Assembly: GCA_963664405.1 (NCBI GenBank)
Contig: OY761158.1
Coordinates: forward strand, 6,048,001 to 6,112,000
Direction of reading: 5' to 3'
Length of the DNA stretch: 64,000 nt
From: Thermoanaerobaculia bacterium
GTDB taxonomy: Bacteria > Acidobacteriota > Thermoanaerobaculia > Multivoradales > Multivoraceae
Positions 1-9,024 of this stretch are shown here, in pieces. Both the position numbers and the translations under genes were made by a program. Numbering within the stretch: position 1 is the first letter of the stretch; the number at the start of each line of letters is the position of its first letter. Below the pieces are notes generated by a model. The model searched no databases. It had not been told where the DNA came from and saw only the letters and a list, made by a program, of their open reading frames with translations.

Positions 1-1925
1 TAGATCTTCGGGTCATCGGCGGGGAGCTGGGCATAATCGACCTTGACCCCTTCGCACTGCCGGATCATCGGTACGGCTTCTTCTAGAGCGTTGAGCATGC
101 CGAGGCCGAGAAGATCCACTTTGATGATGCCGAGGTCGGCGCAGTCGTCTTTATCCCACTGCACGACGACGCGCCCCTCCATCGATGCGGGCTCGAGGGG
201 TACGACTTCGTCGAGACGTCCGGCAGCAATCACCATCCCGCCCGAGTGTTGACCTAGATGGCGGGGAAGGTTCTGGATTGCGTGCCACATCTCGGAGAAG
301 AGCCGGATGCGAGAATCCCCGGGATCGAAGCCGGCGGATTTGAGCTCTTCACTCATGTCCTTCGAGTCGCCGCGATGGATGTCGTAGCGCCAGCTACCGA
401 GTTGTTTGGAGAGGCGGTCGACTTGGGCTTCGGAGTAGCCGAGCACTTTTGAGACCTCGCGCGCCGCCATGCGATCGCGATAGGTGATGACGTTGGCGGT
501 CATCGCGGAGCCATGGACGCCGTAGCGCTGATAGACGTACTGAATGACCTTTTCTCGTGGATCGCCCGAGGGTAGGTCGAGGTCGATATCGGGCCATTCG
601 CCGCGTTCTTCGGAGAGGAAACGCTCGAACAGGAGCTCCATCTTGACCGGATCGACCGCGGTGATCGACAGTGCGTAGCAGACTGCGCTGTTGGCCGCTG
701 AGCCACGGCCCTGGGCCATGATCCTGTTCCTCTGGCAGAAACGTACGATGTCCCAGACAATGAGGAAGTAGCCCTCGAGCTCGAGCTTCTCGATCATGGT
801 GAGCTCTTTCTCGATCTGCGCTTGTGCTTTTGCTGTGAGGGGACGAAAGCGAGCTCGAGCTCCGTTCCAAGTGATCTGACGCAGATAAGAACCGGGAGTT
901 TCTCCGGCGGGCAGAGGGTAATTGGGGAAGCGGTAGCCGAGGTCGGCGAGGGTGAAGTCCAGATCGTGGGCGAGCTCCAGGCTGTGCTCCACCGCTTCAG
1001 GACAGTCGCGAAAGAGCTCAGCCATAGAAGCGGCTCCCTTGAAATGACGTTGGCGTTCGAGATGGAGCAGTGCGCCTGCTTCGTCGAGTTTGGTGTGATG
1101 GCGGAGACAAGTGAGGATGTCGAAGAGGTTCTTGTCACTTTCCTGGGCATAGCGCACGCCATTGGTGGCGAGCAGGGGGAGGCGCAGGCTATGGGCGAGA
1201 TCGACCAGTGCCTTATTGCGCTCCTCCTCCACACGCAGCGAATGTCGCTGCACTTCGATCGAGAGTCTGTCGGTGAAGAGGTCGGTGAGTCGTTGGAGAA
1301 GGGTTCGTGCGCCGGAGATGCCTCGGTGACGAAGCGCGCTTGCGAGGAGGCCCTCTTCGCCTCCGGTGATGCAGTAAAGCCCTCCGACGTGATCGTGCAG
1401 ACTTTCCCAGGTGACTCTGGCTTCGCCCTTGGGGTGGTTGAGGGCAGAGGCGGTGATCAGCTTGCATAGATTCTTATAGCCCTCGTCGTTGGCGACGAGG
1501 AGAGTGAGGCGGGGCTCTCCGCTCTCGTCTTCGACGACGACCTCCGAGCCCACCAAAGCTTTGATGCCCGCCCCTCTCGCTGCCTTGTAGAAGCGGGGAG
1601 CGCCGTAAACGCCGTTACGGTCAACAAGTGCAACTGCCGGGATTTCCAGCTCAGCAGCTCGCGCTACGAGGTCTTCGGGGAGGGAGGCGCCGCCGAGGAA
1701 AGAGAAGGCGGAGACACAGTGAAGCTCGGCATAGCGTTGTCGAGTCGCTTTAGGAAGGCGATAACTCCTTTGGCGCAGCTTTTCCTTCCGTGCCCCGGGG
1801 GATAGGTAGTTCTTGCGATCGAGCCACGTACCGATGTCCTGGTCTGGCGCCTTGGCGAGGACCGGCGGATTGAGCACGCTTTCGTTGGTAGGAGGTGCAA
1901 TAGGTGTCGGCGGCTTGCGGTACAT
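1..1925 (-). CDS. dnaE2: Error-prone DNA polymerase III alpha-like (DnaE2), 5' part, runs off window start
   Basis: Manual translation from ATG 1925: ...RYAELHCVSAFSFLGGASLPEDLVARAAELEIPAVALVDRNGVYGAPRF (PHP domain), later GRGSAANSAVCY, PDIDLD and HSGGMVI motifs; not in ORF track because the stop lies outside the window. Confidence 0.93.
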   Translation of the reverse strand, partial: MYRKPPTPIAPPTNESVLNPPVLAKAPDQDIGTWLDRKNYLSPGARKEKLRQRSYRLPKATRQRYAELHCVSAFSFLGGASLPEDLVARAAELEIPAVALVDRNGVYGAPRFYKAARGAGIKALVGSEVVVEDESGEPRLTLLVANDEGYKNLCKLITASALNHPKGEARVTWESLHDHVGGLYCITGGEEGLLASALRHRGISGARTLLQRLTDLFTDRLSIEVQRHSLRVEEERNKALVDLAHSLRLPLLATNGVRYAQESDKNLFDILTCLRHHTKLDEAGALLHLERQRHFKGAASMAELFRDCPEAVEHSLELAHDLDFTLADLGYRFPNYPLPAGETPGSYLRQITWNGARARFRPLTAKAQAQIEKELTMIEKLELEGYFLIVWDIVRFCQRNRIMAQGRGSAANSAVCYALSITAVDPVKMELLFERFLSEERGEWPDIDLDLPSGDPREKVIQYVYQRYGVHGSAMTANVITYRDRMAAREVSKVLGYSEAQVDRLSKQLGSWRYDIHRGDSKDMSEELKSAGFDPGDSRIRLFSEMWHAIQNLPRHLGQHSGGMVIAAGRLDEVVPLEPASMEGRVVVQWDKDDCADLGIIKVDLLGLGMLNALEEAVPMIRQCEGVKVDYAQLPADDPKI

Positions 1926-1936
1926 GAGGGGGAACG

Positions 1937-1966
1937 AGGATAGGCGTAAATAAGGCGTAATGTCAA
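1937..1966 (-). promoter_or_regulatory. Sigma70-like promoter of dnaE2 with direct-repeat operator in the spacer
   Basis: Minus strand TTGACA-18 nt-TATCCT; spacer is TTACGCC-TTAT-TTACGCC. Confidence 0.65.
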
Positions 1967-2012
1967 CGTCGAGCTCACGCCCAAGCACCGAGTCTCGGCG
2001 TTCTCGTTCACA

Positions 2013-2079
2013 GTGCCACCCTCCTTGCTATCTAGAGCTCTCCGTCAGAAGATCGGTGATTCTTGTAAGAGGGTGGAAC
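2013..2079. repeat. Inverted pair of REP-like motifs (GTGCCACCCTCCTT / AAGAGGGTGGAAC)
   Basis: Same ~13-mer family also at 4529-4541, 5809-5821 and 5859-5871. Confidence 0.6.
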
Positions 2080-2142
2080 GTAAGAGCTCGCCGTGGCACG
2101 TCTTGACGACGGTGCCGAGCTGGGCAAGGGGCCCGCGGACGA

Positions 2143-3600
2143 TCAGATCCGATCGGGGAAGGTGGCGGTGCCGGGATTTTGAAGCGCCCGTTGTGCAGCG
2201 ACGCGAAGGTAGTGATCTGGCGCGACGCCATGCAGCCGCGCAGTCTCGCAGAGCGAGTAGAGAATGGCTCCGACCTCGCATCCTCGGCGAGATCGAAACT
2301 GTAGATAGTTCTTTCGGCCGACGACGGGTCCTCGCAGCGCGTTCTCGGCACGGTTGTTGTCCAGCGGTAGCCGTGCATCCTCGAGGAAGCGAGTCAGCCC
2401 CTCCCAGCGAGCCAGGATGTACTTGACCGCCTTGATGAAGTCGCTGCGCGGAAGCCCCGTTTGCGACAGCGCCCAAGCCTTGATCGCCGCAATCACCTTC
2501 GATGAGCGCTTCACTCGAGCCTCCGCCCGGCGCAGCAGAGTGTCCGCCGGTTCAAGATCCAAGGCGTCGATCTCGCGCTCGATCTCGTAGAGCTCTCCGA
2601 TCAACTTCAAGATCTGGGCGCACTCCCGCGGCCGATGCTTCTGCGCATCGCGGAATTTGCGCAAACTGTGAGCCCAACAATTCGCCAGACGCAGGGGCCC
2701 GGCCCGGGAAAGCTGCTCGTACACTGGGTAGCCGTCCGCGATCACGATTCCGTCGTAAGCGCCGAGGATCTCCTCGCCCGCAGCGAAGCTCTTGCGCCCC
2801 AGCGTGTACCAGGCATGCTGATTCGTGCTGAGCACCCAGAGAGTTTCTCGTCTCGAGTGCTTGCCCTGCGTCAGCAGGAAGCCCGTCTCGTCGGCATGGA
2901 GGAAGTCAGATCCCAGGATCTGCTCCTTGAGCGCTGCATAGGTCGGTCGCAGCACCTCGGCTAGGGCTTGCTCCTGGTCCCACAGCGTCTGCTTCGTCAC
3001 TCGTAGACCGCTGCGGCTGAGCTCCTTGACCTGGCGATGCAGAGGCATGTGATCGACGATCTTCGACGTCGCCACCGAGACCGCAAACTCCAGCGAGTAC
3101 CGACCGCCGGGCACCAGCCGCGGATGCGGATTCGGCGCCGTCCCAACTGCGCTGTTGCAAGCGCAACGGTACTTCTGGCGCCGATGCACCAGACGCACCA
3201 CGCGCTTCATCTCGATCGTGATCTCTTCGGAGTCTTGTGTCTCGACGCCCAAGGGCTGAAGCGTCGGGTCTCCACAGGCCGGACACGTCCGCTCGCCCTC
3301 TCCCAGCACGTGCTCCAGGACGACCACCGGTAGGTCCGGTTGCGGCGTCGGCCCGTGGCCGCGCTGCTTGCGCGGTCGCGCTTCCGAGTCGGGGAGCTCC
3401 CGGGCCTGGCGCTGGATCTCGAGCTTGCCAAGACCCAGAAGCAACTCGAGCTCGGCCTGATCGGCGTCCTCGCCGCGCAGGCTCGCATTCTCTCGCTTCA
3501 GCTGGCGGACCAGGTCCAGCAGACGGTCGTTTTCCGTGCTCAGAAGCGAATAGTGCGCGAGTACGACGTCGAGAGAGGCGATCGTTTCGGGCACCTGCAT
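2143..3600 (-). CDS. tnpC: IS66 transposase TnpC
   Basis: CPACG zinc finger, HADET, CWAHSLRKF, LDNNRAENALR, GRKN motifs. Confidence 0.95.
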   Translation of the reverse strand: MQVPETIASLDVVLAHYSLLSTENDRLLDLVRQLKRENASLRGEDADQAELELLLGLGKLEIQRQARELPDSEARPRKQRGHGPTPQPDLPVVVLEHVLGEGERTCPACGDPTLQPLGVETQDSEEITIEMKRVVRLVHRRQKYRCACNSAVGTAPNPHPRLVPGGRYSLEFAVSVATSKIVDHMPLHRQVKELSRSGLRVTKQTLWDQEQALAEVLRPTYAALKEQILGSDFLHADETGFLLTQGKHSRRETLWVLSTNQHAWYTLGRKSFAAGEEILGAYDGIVIADGYPVYEQLSRAGPLRLANCWAHSLRKFRDAQKHRPRECAQILKLIGELYEIEREIDALDLEPADTLLRRAEARVKRSSKVIAAIKAWALSQTGLPRSDFIKAVKYILARWEGLTRFLEDARLPLDNNRAENALRGPVVGRKNYLQFRSRRGCEVGAILYSLCETARLHGVAPDHYLRVAAQRALQNPGTATFPDRI

Positions 3601-3616
3601 CGGATGCCCCTTTCTC

Positions 3617-3997
3617 TCATGCCGGTGAGCGAATCGCAAGCTCTTTTTTGTCTAGATTCTCAGGAACAAGTCGTTTTCTACCAACGGCTTGGCTTCCTTC
3701 GAGAAACAGCCCAAGCTCAGCCCGAGACAGACGCAGTACGGGACCTCTTCGATCCCGCCAGAGGCACGCAAATCGGCCCTTCTCCAGACGTTTTGCCAGC
3801 AGACAAAGGCCCGATCCATCGAAGACCAACACCTTCGCCCGCACACGGTTGCGAGCTACGAAGAGGAAGAGATCTCCCGACAAGACGTTTTGATCGAGAT
3901 CCTGCTCCACCAGAGCCGCCAGGCTGTCGTACCCCTTGCGCATGTCCACCGGGCCCGCGTACGCGAAGACCTGCCGGCCGGGAAGCAACTCCATCAT
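3617..3997 (-). CDS. tnpB: IS66 accessory protein TnpB
   Basis: PVDMRKGYDSL...DLFLF...KRLEKGRF signature. Confidence 0.95.
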   Translation of the reverse strand: MMELLPGRQVFAYAGPVDMRKGYDSLAALVEQDLDQNVLSGDLFLFVARNRVRAKVLVFDGSGLCLLAKRLEKGRFACLWRDRRGPVLRLSRAELGLFLEGSQAVGRKRLVPENLDKKELAIRSPA

Positions 3998-4326
3998 CCG
4001 AGGCGACTCACATACTCGATCGCCTGGTCCGCGCTCAGGCCCTCGACCCGGTAGCCACTCGGACTCACCAAAGTCACCTCCGACGCGGCCGGCACGGCCT
4101 CGACACGCACGAAGCCCGAGTCTCGACTACGCCAGCGCTCGAGAGTCGTCTTGCCCACTCCCAACTCCTCGGCGATCGCCGACACCCGAGCACCCTCCCG
4201 TCGGCGCAACTCGAAGTAGCTCATTGCCTCCAACCGCTGCTCTTCTGTGAACCGACGACGGCCCGAAACCTTACCCACATTTCCCTGCCGTACCGACTCC
4301 CGAAACTGAGCTGCTTGTCCAGCCAT
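3994..4326 (-). CDS. tnpA: IS66 TnpA-like HTH protein
   Basis: HTH (IAEELGVGKTTLERW), position upstream of tnpB. Confidence 0.85.
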   Translation of the reverse strand: MAGQAAQFRESVRQGNVGKVSGRRRFTEEQRLEAMSYFELRRREGARVSAIAEELGVGKTTLERWRSRDSGFVRVEAVPAASEVTLVSPSGYRVEGLSADQAIEYVSRLG

Positions 4327-4418
4327 CGTTGTCCCCTTCGAAACGACAACGACAACACGGATCCTCGAACCAAGCTAGACGGGCTACGGCGAACTCTTAC
4401 GGTGGAACCGCTCGCTTT

Positions 4419-4508
4419 ACTCGAGCTCGTAGCTCTCGTCTAGCCCCGGCGAATAGATCGGCGGATTGCCGCGCCAGTGGCCCTGCAGAAAGCGGACCGA
4501 TGACTCCA
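4419..4508. repeat. 90-bp direct copy of the 3' end of the 5952-6974 gene (second copy 5954-6043)
   Basis: 89/90 identical by direct comparison. Confidence 0.95.
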
Positions 4509-4646
4509 CCCTGGTGCACCCTGGAACGGTGCCACCCTCTTGGTCCAGGAGCTACCTCCGAAAGCCAACTAACCCGTCGACCCCAGCCTCCTGCAAGGTG
4601 TTCGCCCCGGATCGCGTCCTCTACTTTCAGGAGGACCCAGGCACCA

Positions 4647-5582
4647 GTGCGAAGACCCAGAGGATTAGTTGCAGATCGCCTCGTCGAAGTCACCACACGG
4701 ACATCTCAGGGTCGCTACCTACTCAGCCCCTCCCCCGAAGTGAATCGGACCATAAAGGGTGTCATCGGCCGGGGCCAGAGACGGACCGGAATCGACATCT
4801 GTGGCCTCGCCTTCATGTCCAATCACGCCCACATGCTCCTCGTCCCGGAGAGCACTGAACAGCTCAGCGAGTTCATGGGATTCGTGAACGGAAACATTGC
4901 TCGCAAGGTCGGCCCTCTCCAGGGCTGGCGGGGCAGGCTCTGGGAGCGGCGCTACCAGCACATCATCATCTCCGACGAGCCCGAAGCTCAGATCGCTCGT
5001 CTGAAGTACCTCTTCTCCCAAGGCACCAAAGAGGGCTTGGTACGCCATCCCTTGGATTGGCCCGGGGTTCATTCTGCCGGCGCGACCCGGCGAGGCTATC
5101 GAGAGATGACCGGTGGTGTTTGGCATGACCAGACCGCAGAAGGCAAGGCTCGAAGAGCCGGTAAAATACTGACGCCACAGGAGTTCCTCATCGAAGAGGT
5201 GATCCGGTTGAGTCACGTTCCGTGTCTGGAGGACTGGAGATGGGAGCCGAGGTTGGAGCTCATCGAGCAGCTCCTACACGAGTGCGAGCAGATGGGCCGC
5301 CAACTTCGGGAGGACACCGGCAGACCTCCGATGGGGGCGAAGAAGATCCTCATGCAGGTCCCCGACTTCCGGCCGAAAGAGCTGGATCGATCCCCAGCTC
5401 CAGCCTTTCACGCGGTTTCGAGAGAGGCCTTCCAGAAGCTCAGAAAAGAGCAGAGAGAGTTCGTGAGCCTCTACCGCGAGTCCGCGGAGAAGCTCAAAGA
5501 AGGGGGGCTCGAGGTGGCCTTTCCACCCGGATGTTTCCCACCCCACCTACCCTACGTCCCCGAGGTGCGGGCAGGTCCGTAG
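4647..5582 (+). CDS. Y1 HUH transposase, REP-associated tyrosine transposase (RAYT)-like
   Basis: VEVTTRT, MSNHAH (HUH), LWERRY, catalytic-region Y..QGTKEGLV..WPG; GTG start after GGAGG chosen by inference. Confidence 0.85.
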   Translation: MRRPRGLVADRLVEVTTRTSQGRYLLSPSPEVNRTIKGVIGRGQRRTGIDICGLAFMSNHAHMLLVPESTEQLSEFMGFVNGNIARKVGPLQGWRGRLWERRYQHIIISDEPEAQIARLKYLFSQGTKEGLVRHPLDWPGVHSAGATRRGYREMTGGVWHDQTAEGKARRAGKILTPQEFLIEEVIRLSHVPCLEDWRWEPRLELIEQLLHECEQMGRQLREDTGRPPMGAKKILMQVPDFRPKELDRSPAPAFHAVSREAFQKLRKEQREFVSLYRESAEKLKEGGLEVAFPPGCFPPHLPYVPEVRAGP

Positions 5583-5799
5583 CCGCCTAGTCTGACCGCA
5601 GTTGAAGAAACTCCCGCGGCTTCTTCTGATGGGCTGCTCGGTAGGGGTGTGCCTAGAAACGGGGTTTTGGGTGGCCTGGCGGCCACTCCGGTCCGTCATG
5701 GGGGTTGGGGCCTTAGAAGCGGCGAACTCGAGCCTTACTTTTCAACTTCATCGAGTCGAAAGACCTTCTGAGATGTGTCACGGTGGCCGTCAGGGGATA

Positions 5800-5901
5800 T
5801 AGGTGGGAAAGAGGGTGACACTTTTCTGGGGATGGAGCTTTGCCTCAGCTAGGTGGGAAAGAGGGTGACACTTTTCTGGGGATGGAGCTTTGCCTCAGCT
5901 A
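5800..5901. repeat. Perfect 50-bp tandem duplication containing the REP-like motif
   Basis: TAGGTGGGAAAGAGGGTGACACTTTTCTGGGGATGGAGCTTTGCCTCAGC x2. Confidence 0.95.
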
Positions 5902-5951
5902 CTTCACCAACTGGCAACACCATCAACTCGATCAGCTGTTCGGGCGCCGCC

Positions 5952-6974
5952 TCACTCGAGCTCGTAGCTCTCGTCCAGCCCCGGCGAATAGATCGGCGGA
6001 TTGCCGCGCCAGTGGCCCTGCAGAAAGCGGACCGATGACTCCAGGGTGAGATCCCCCCGCCTTCGCAGTGCCTCGACGCAGGCGTCGTAGGCGGGGCCGT
6101 CACCGCCGAGCTTGACCATCACCGGCGGGCGCGTCGCCTGCCAGTGCTCGTAACTGACGTAGCGCACCATCATGTAGGCCTCGTCGTAGCTGGGGTCTTC
6201 GGCGGGCAGGTCGCTTCCACCGGTCGTCGGCGTATTCGCTTCCAGACCCTCGCTCTCACCCGGCAGCGGATAGACCCTCAGCCATTGACCGACGATGCGC
6301 GCTCCCATCTTCTCGAAGTAGGGCCACACTCCGTCTTCGCTCAGGCTGCGGACCTGTGCAAAGGTCCCCTTCTTGATCCTGAAACGCCGCAGGGTGACGA
6401 TTTCTTGGCCCGGCTTGTAGCGACCGTGGCGCACCGGATGCACCGAGGACTCTCCCTCGACCTTTCGATAGCTCTCGTCGAGAGGGGGAAAGTAGTAGGG
6501 CACATTGGGCGCCATCGCTCCCTCCAGGTAGATCGGCCCGTCGGAGCCAGTGGTCACACTGCGTCGTATGGCCGCGGCCTCGCGCATCGCATCCCAGTCT
6601 GGGCCGTTGCCACCAAGCTCGGCACCACGTCGCGTCGCAGCCCAGTGGTTGAAACTGCGGTATCGCGCTATCCGATAGCCCTCGTCGTCACCGGCCGGCT
6701 TGCCACCCTGCGGGTAGACCACTTGCCACTGACCGACGTTGCGATTTCCGAGCTTCTCGTAAAACGGCCACACTCCGTCTTGCGACGCTCTCAGGTAGGT
6801 GTCGTGCGTTCCCGGCTTCAGTTGCTGGTGACGAAGAACCAGAAACTCGGTCCCAGCCTGGGATGTGCCATGGCGAACCGGGACGGGCTCCTGCGCTGTG
6901 ACGTCGGAGGACATGGTTGCGAACCCGAGAAGAACACAGATCCACCCACGAACTAGTCTTTTATCGCGCGACAC
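5952..6974 (-). CDS. Secreted protein with two NIPSNAP-like repeats
   Basis: Internal repeat GVWPF/YFEK.G.R.VGQW ... RY.S..HW.ATR; hydrophobic N-terminus; start approximate. Confidence 0.7.
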   Translation of the reverse strand: MSRDKRLVRGWICVLLGFATMSSDVTAQEPVPVRHGTSQAGTEFLVLRHQQLKPGTHDTYLRASQDGVWPFYEKLGNRNVGQWQVVYPQGGKPAGDDEGYRIARYRSFNHWAATRRGAELGGNGPDWDAMREAAAIRRSVTTGSDGPIYLEGAMAPNVPYYFPPLDESYRKVEGESSVHPVRHGRYKPGQEIVTLRRFRIKKGTFAQVRSLSEDGVWPYFEKMGARIVGQWLRVYPLPGESEGLEANTPTTGGSDLPAEDPSYDEAYMMVRYVSYEHWQATRPPVMVKLGGDGPAYDACVEALRRRGDLTLESSVRFLQGHWRGNPPIYSPGLDESYELE

Positions 6975-7032
6975 TCTCACCTCCCCAGCGTTTGACCGAA
7001 GAATGTTACCTTGCCGGGGAAAACGACGCGAC

Positions 7033-7576
7033 TTACGCGGCTCGTGAGCCGGCCCGTACCCTAGCTTCCCATCGATCGATTGGAGCCCAGAGGCCGGGAC
7101 AGGGCTCGAGCACGGTTGCCGCACCTCCGCGGAGGCGCGCCAGGAGGAAGGGAATCACTCGCATCTCGCATCCCGGGATGCCGATCACGGCGGCCAGCAG
7201 GTGGCAGAGGCCCATATGGAGATGCACCGTGAGGGTCAAGAGAAGGGCGTAGGTCGCCACTGTGGGGTCCCCAGAAGGCTCCGCTCTGTAGCCACTGAAT
7301 CCCGGATAGGCCGAACCCCACGACCAGCGCGACCCCGGCCGGGGCGTTGCCCACCGGGAGCACCCGATGCAGGCCGAGCCGAATATTGAACGAAACCAGG
7401 TAGAACGCAAGGGCAACGAAGACCCAGAGACCCGTGCTCCAAGTGGCTTCTCTCAGCCCAGAGAAGTGGGCGATGATGGAGACGACGCCCTGGATCTGGA
7501 ACAAACCGACGAGAAGCTTGCCGATGCGTCCAACAATCGATGCCGGAGGCATGCCCTCGGCCGTCACCGTCGCCAC
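7033..7576 (-). pseudogene. Membrane protein with C-terminal GCE motif (DUF6410-like), apparent 1-nt frameshift near 7264-7267
   Basis: Removing one C from GGACCCC joins ...GAFWGP to TVATYALLL...GIPGCEMRVIP; several TM segments; may be a sequencing error. Confidence 0.6.
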
Positions 7577-7586
7577 ACCACATCCC

Positions 7587-8669
7587 CTAGCGCGCTGCCA
7601 CCCTGACTTCGAAGTTAGCGCTGAAGCTCGCCAGCACCTCTTCGCGGGACTTCTGGCCGACGAGCTTCTCGAGCAGGCGTCCTTGGGCGTCGAGGAAGAA
7701 GTAAACCGGCACGAGATGACTCTCTACCAGGTCCGCCAGACTCGGATCGTTGAACCCCCAGATCTCGAACCTCGGCTCGAGCTCGGGCAGCCAGGCGTTC
7801 AGATCCTCGATGGATCCGCTGTTGATGTAGACACCGACCACGTTGATGCCCCTCGGACCGTAGGAGTCGGCAAGATGGTTGAGGATCGGTAGCGAGTCGA
7901 GAGAGTGACGGCAGTGAACGGCCAGGAAGACGAGGAGCGTCTCGGAGCCTCGAAGGCCGCTGAGACTGACTTCCTCGCCGGCCACGCTGTGGGCGGCGAA
8001 CTCCGGCAGAATGAAGTTCTCGAAACGCTGGCCATCCTCGGCCTTCTCGGTCACATACATGTCGAGGATCTCTCCGGTGGCTCCCGAGAGGTCGCCGTAG
8101 ATGGAGCACGCTTCATACTGTGCACAGCGGCTACCTGCGAGCAGATCGCCGAGGGCGCCCATCTCTTCCAGTTTGTCCATGACCGCATTGGTGAGCACGG
8201 CGCGATGATCCTCTGCGACCCTGACTGCGGTCGCTTCGAACACTTCGCTGTCTTCGAAGGCCGGGCTGCCGGTCTGAATAATGCGCTTGGCCATCCAATC
8301 CGCCACCCGATCGAGCTCCTCTGAGGAGAGATCGCCTCTCGAGGTCGCCGGGGTGCCCTCGCCCTGGAGTTGGGTTGGGTAGCCCACCTTGTTCACCACA
8401 TCGACCAAGTGCTGCGCGCTGACAGTCTTGGCCTGGATTCGCGCGATCGCTTCGTTCTTCGTGCGATCCACCGAGATCACCTCGACCCCGTCGACTCCCG
8501 CCAAGGCTCCCTTGACTTGAAGCTGACACATGGAGCTCGACATTCCCCGCACCTCGAGCACTACGGTCTCTAGATCCGCCTCCGCCGCGGACCAGATTGG
8601 AATTAGCGCGAGCAAGGTTGCCAGGAGTAGCAGTCGACCAAGAAATCTGTTGCTGGTAAATAGCGTCAT
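7587..8669 (-). CDS. Exported HMA domain (SxxC) + central domain + redoxin/AhpC-TSA domain (CxxS)
   Basis: Signal peptide; VVLEVRGMSSSMC..VKGAL..VDGV; LVFLAVHCRHS ... VPVYFFLDAQG; AGGAG RBS. Confidence 0.8.
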   Translation of the reverse strand: MTLFTSNRFLGRLLLLATLLALIPIWSAAEADLETVVLEVRGMSSSMCQLQVKGALAGVDGVEVISVDRTKNEAIARIQAKTVSAQHLVDVVNKVGYPTQLQGEGTPATSRGDLSSEELDRVADWMAKRIIQTGSPAFEDSEVFEATAVRVAEDHRAVLTNAVMDKLEEMGALGDLLAGSRCAQYEACSIYGDLSGATGEILDMYVTEKAEDGQRFENFILPEFAAHSVAGEEVSLSGLRGSETLLVFLAVHCRHSLDSLPILNHLADSYGPRGINVVGVYINSGSIEDLNAWLPELEPRFEIWGFNDPSLADLVESHLVPVYFFLDAQGRLLEKLVGQKSREEVLASFSANFEVRVAAR

Positions 8670-8682
8670 CGTTCTCTCCTTG

Positions 8683-8997
8683 CTAGCTTTGCTTGAGAAG
8701 GGTCGACAGGACCTTGGTGACTCGGTCCAGTCGCTCGTCAGCATCACCGGTCATGCAGGTCTGGACGCACGACTTGAGCTCGTGATCGATCAGCACAGCA
8801 CTGAACTTATTGAGCGCCGCCTTCAGCGCGGCGACCTGGAGCAGGATCTCGTCAGCGCACCTCTCCTCCTCGACCATGCGCTGCACCGCTCCAACGTGTC
8901 CCTGGAGCCGTGCCAAGCGATTCGAGAGCGCCTTCTTGGAGGCGGCGTCGAGGTAGCCGGTCCCTGCTTTAGCCGCGGCCAGCTCTGCTGTTGTCAT
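8683..8997 (-). CDS. csoR: CsoR/RcnR family metal-sensing repressor
   Basis: RLARLQGHV..V..M, C.DEILLQ.AA, HxxxC ligand pattern. Confidence 0.9.
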   Translation of the reverse strand: MTTAELAAAKAGTGYLDAASKKALSNRLARLQGHVGAVQRMVEEERCADEILLQVAALKAALNKFSAVLIDHELKSCVQTCMTGDADERLDRVTKVLSTLLKQS

Positions 8998-9024
8998 GAT
9001 CGGTTCTCCAGAGTAGTAGATGGA

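Larger units (their letters stand above)
2080..4400 (-). mobile_element. Complete IS66-family insertion sequence
   Basis: Terminal IRs GTAAGAGCTCGCCGTGGCACGTC / GACGGGCTACGGCGAACTCTTAC; 8-bp TSD GGTGGAAC at 2072-2079 and 4401-4408; tnpA-tnpB-tnpC. Confidence 0.96.

Noticed and set aside
4329-4646. N-terminal extension of the 417-aa RAYT ORF
   Set aside because: Crosses the IS66 end and the duplicated fragment; chance open frame
5800-5901. CRISPR array
   Set aside because: Head-to-tail duplication with no spacer
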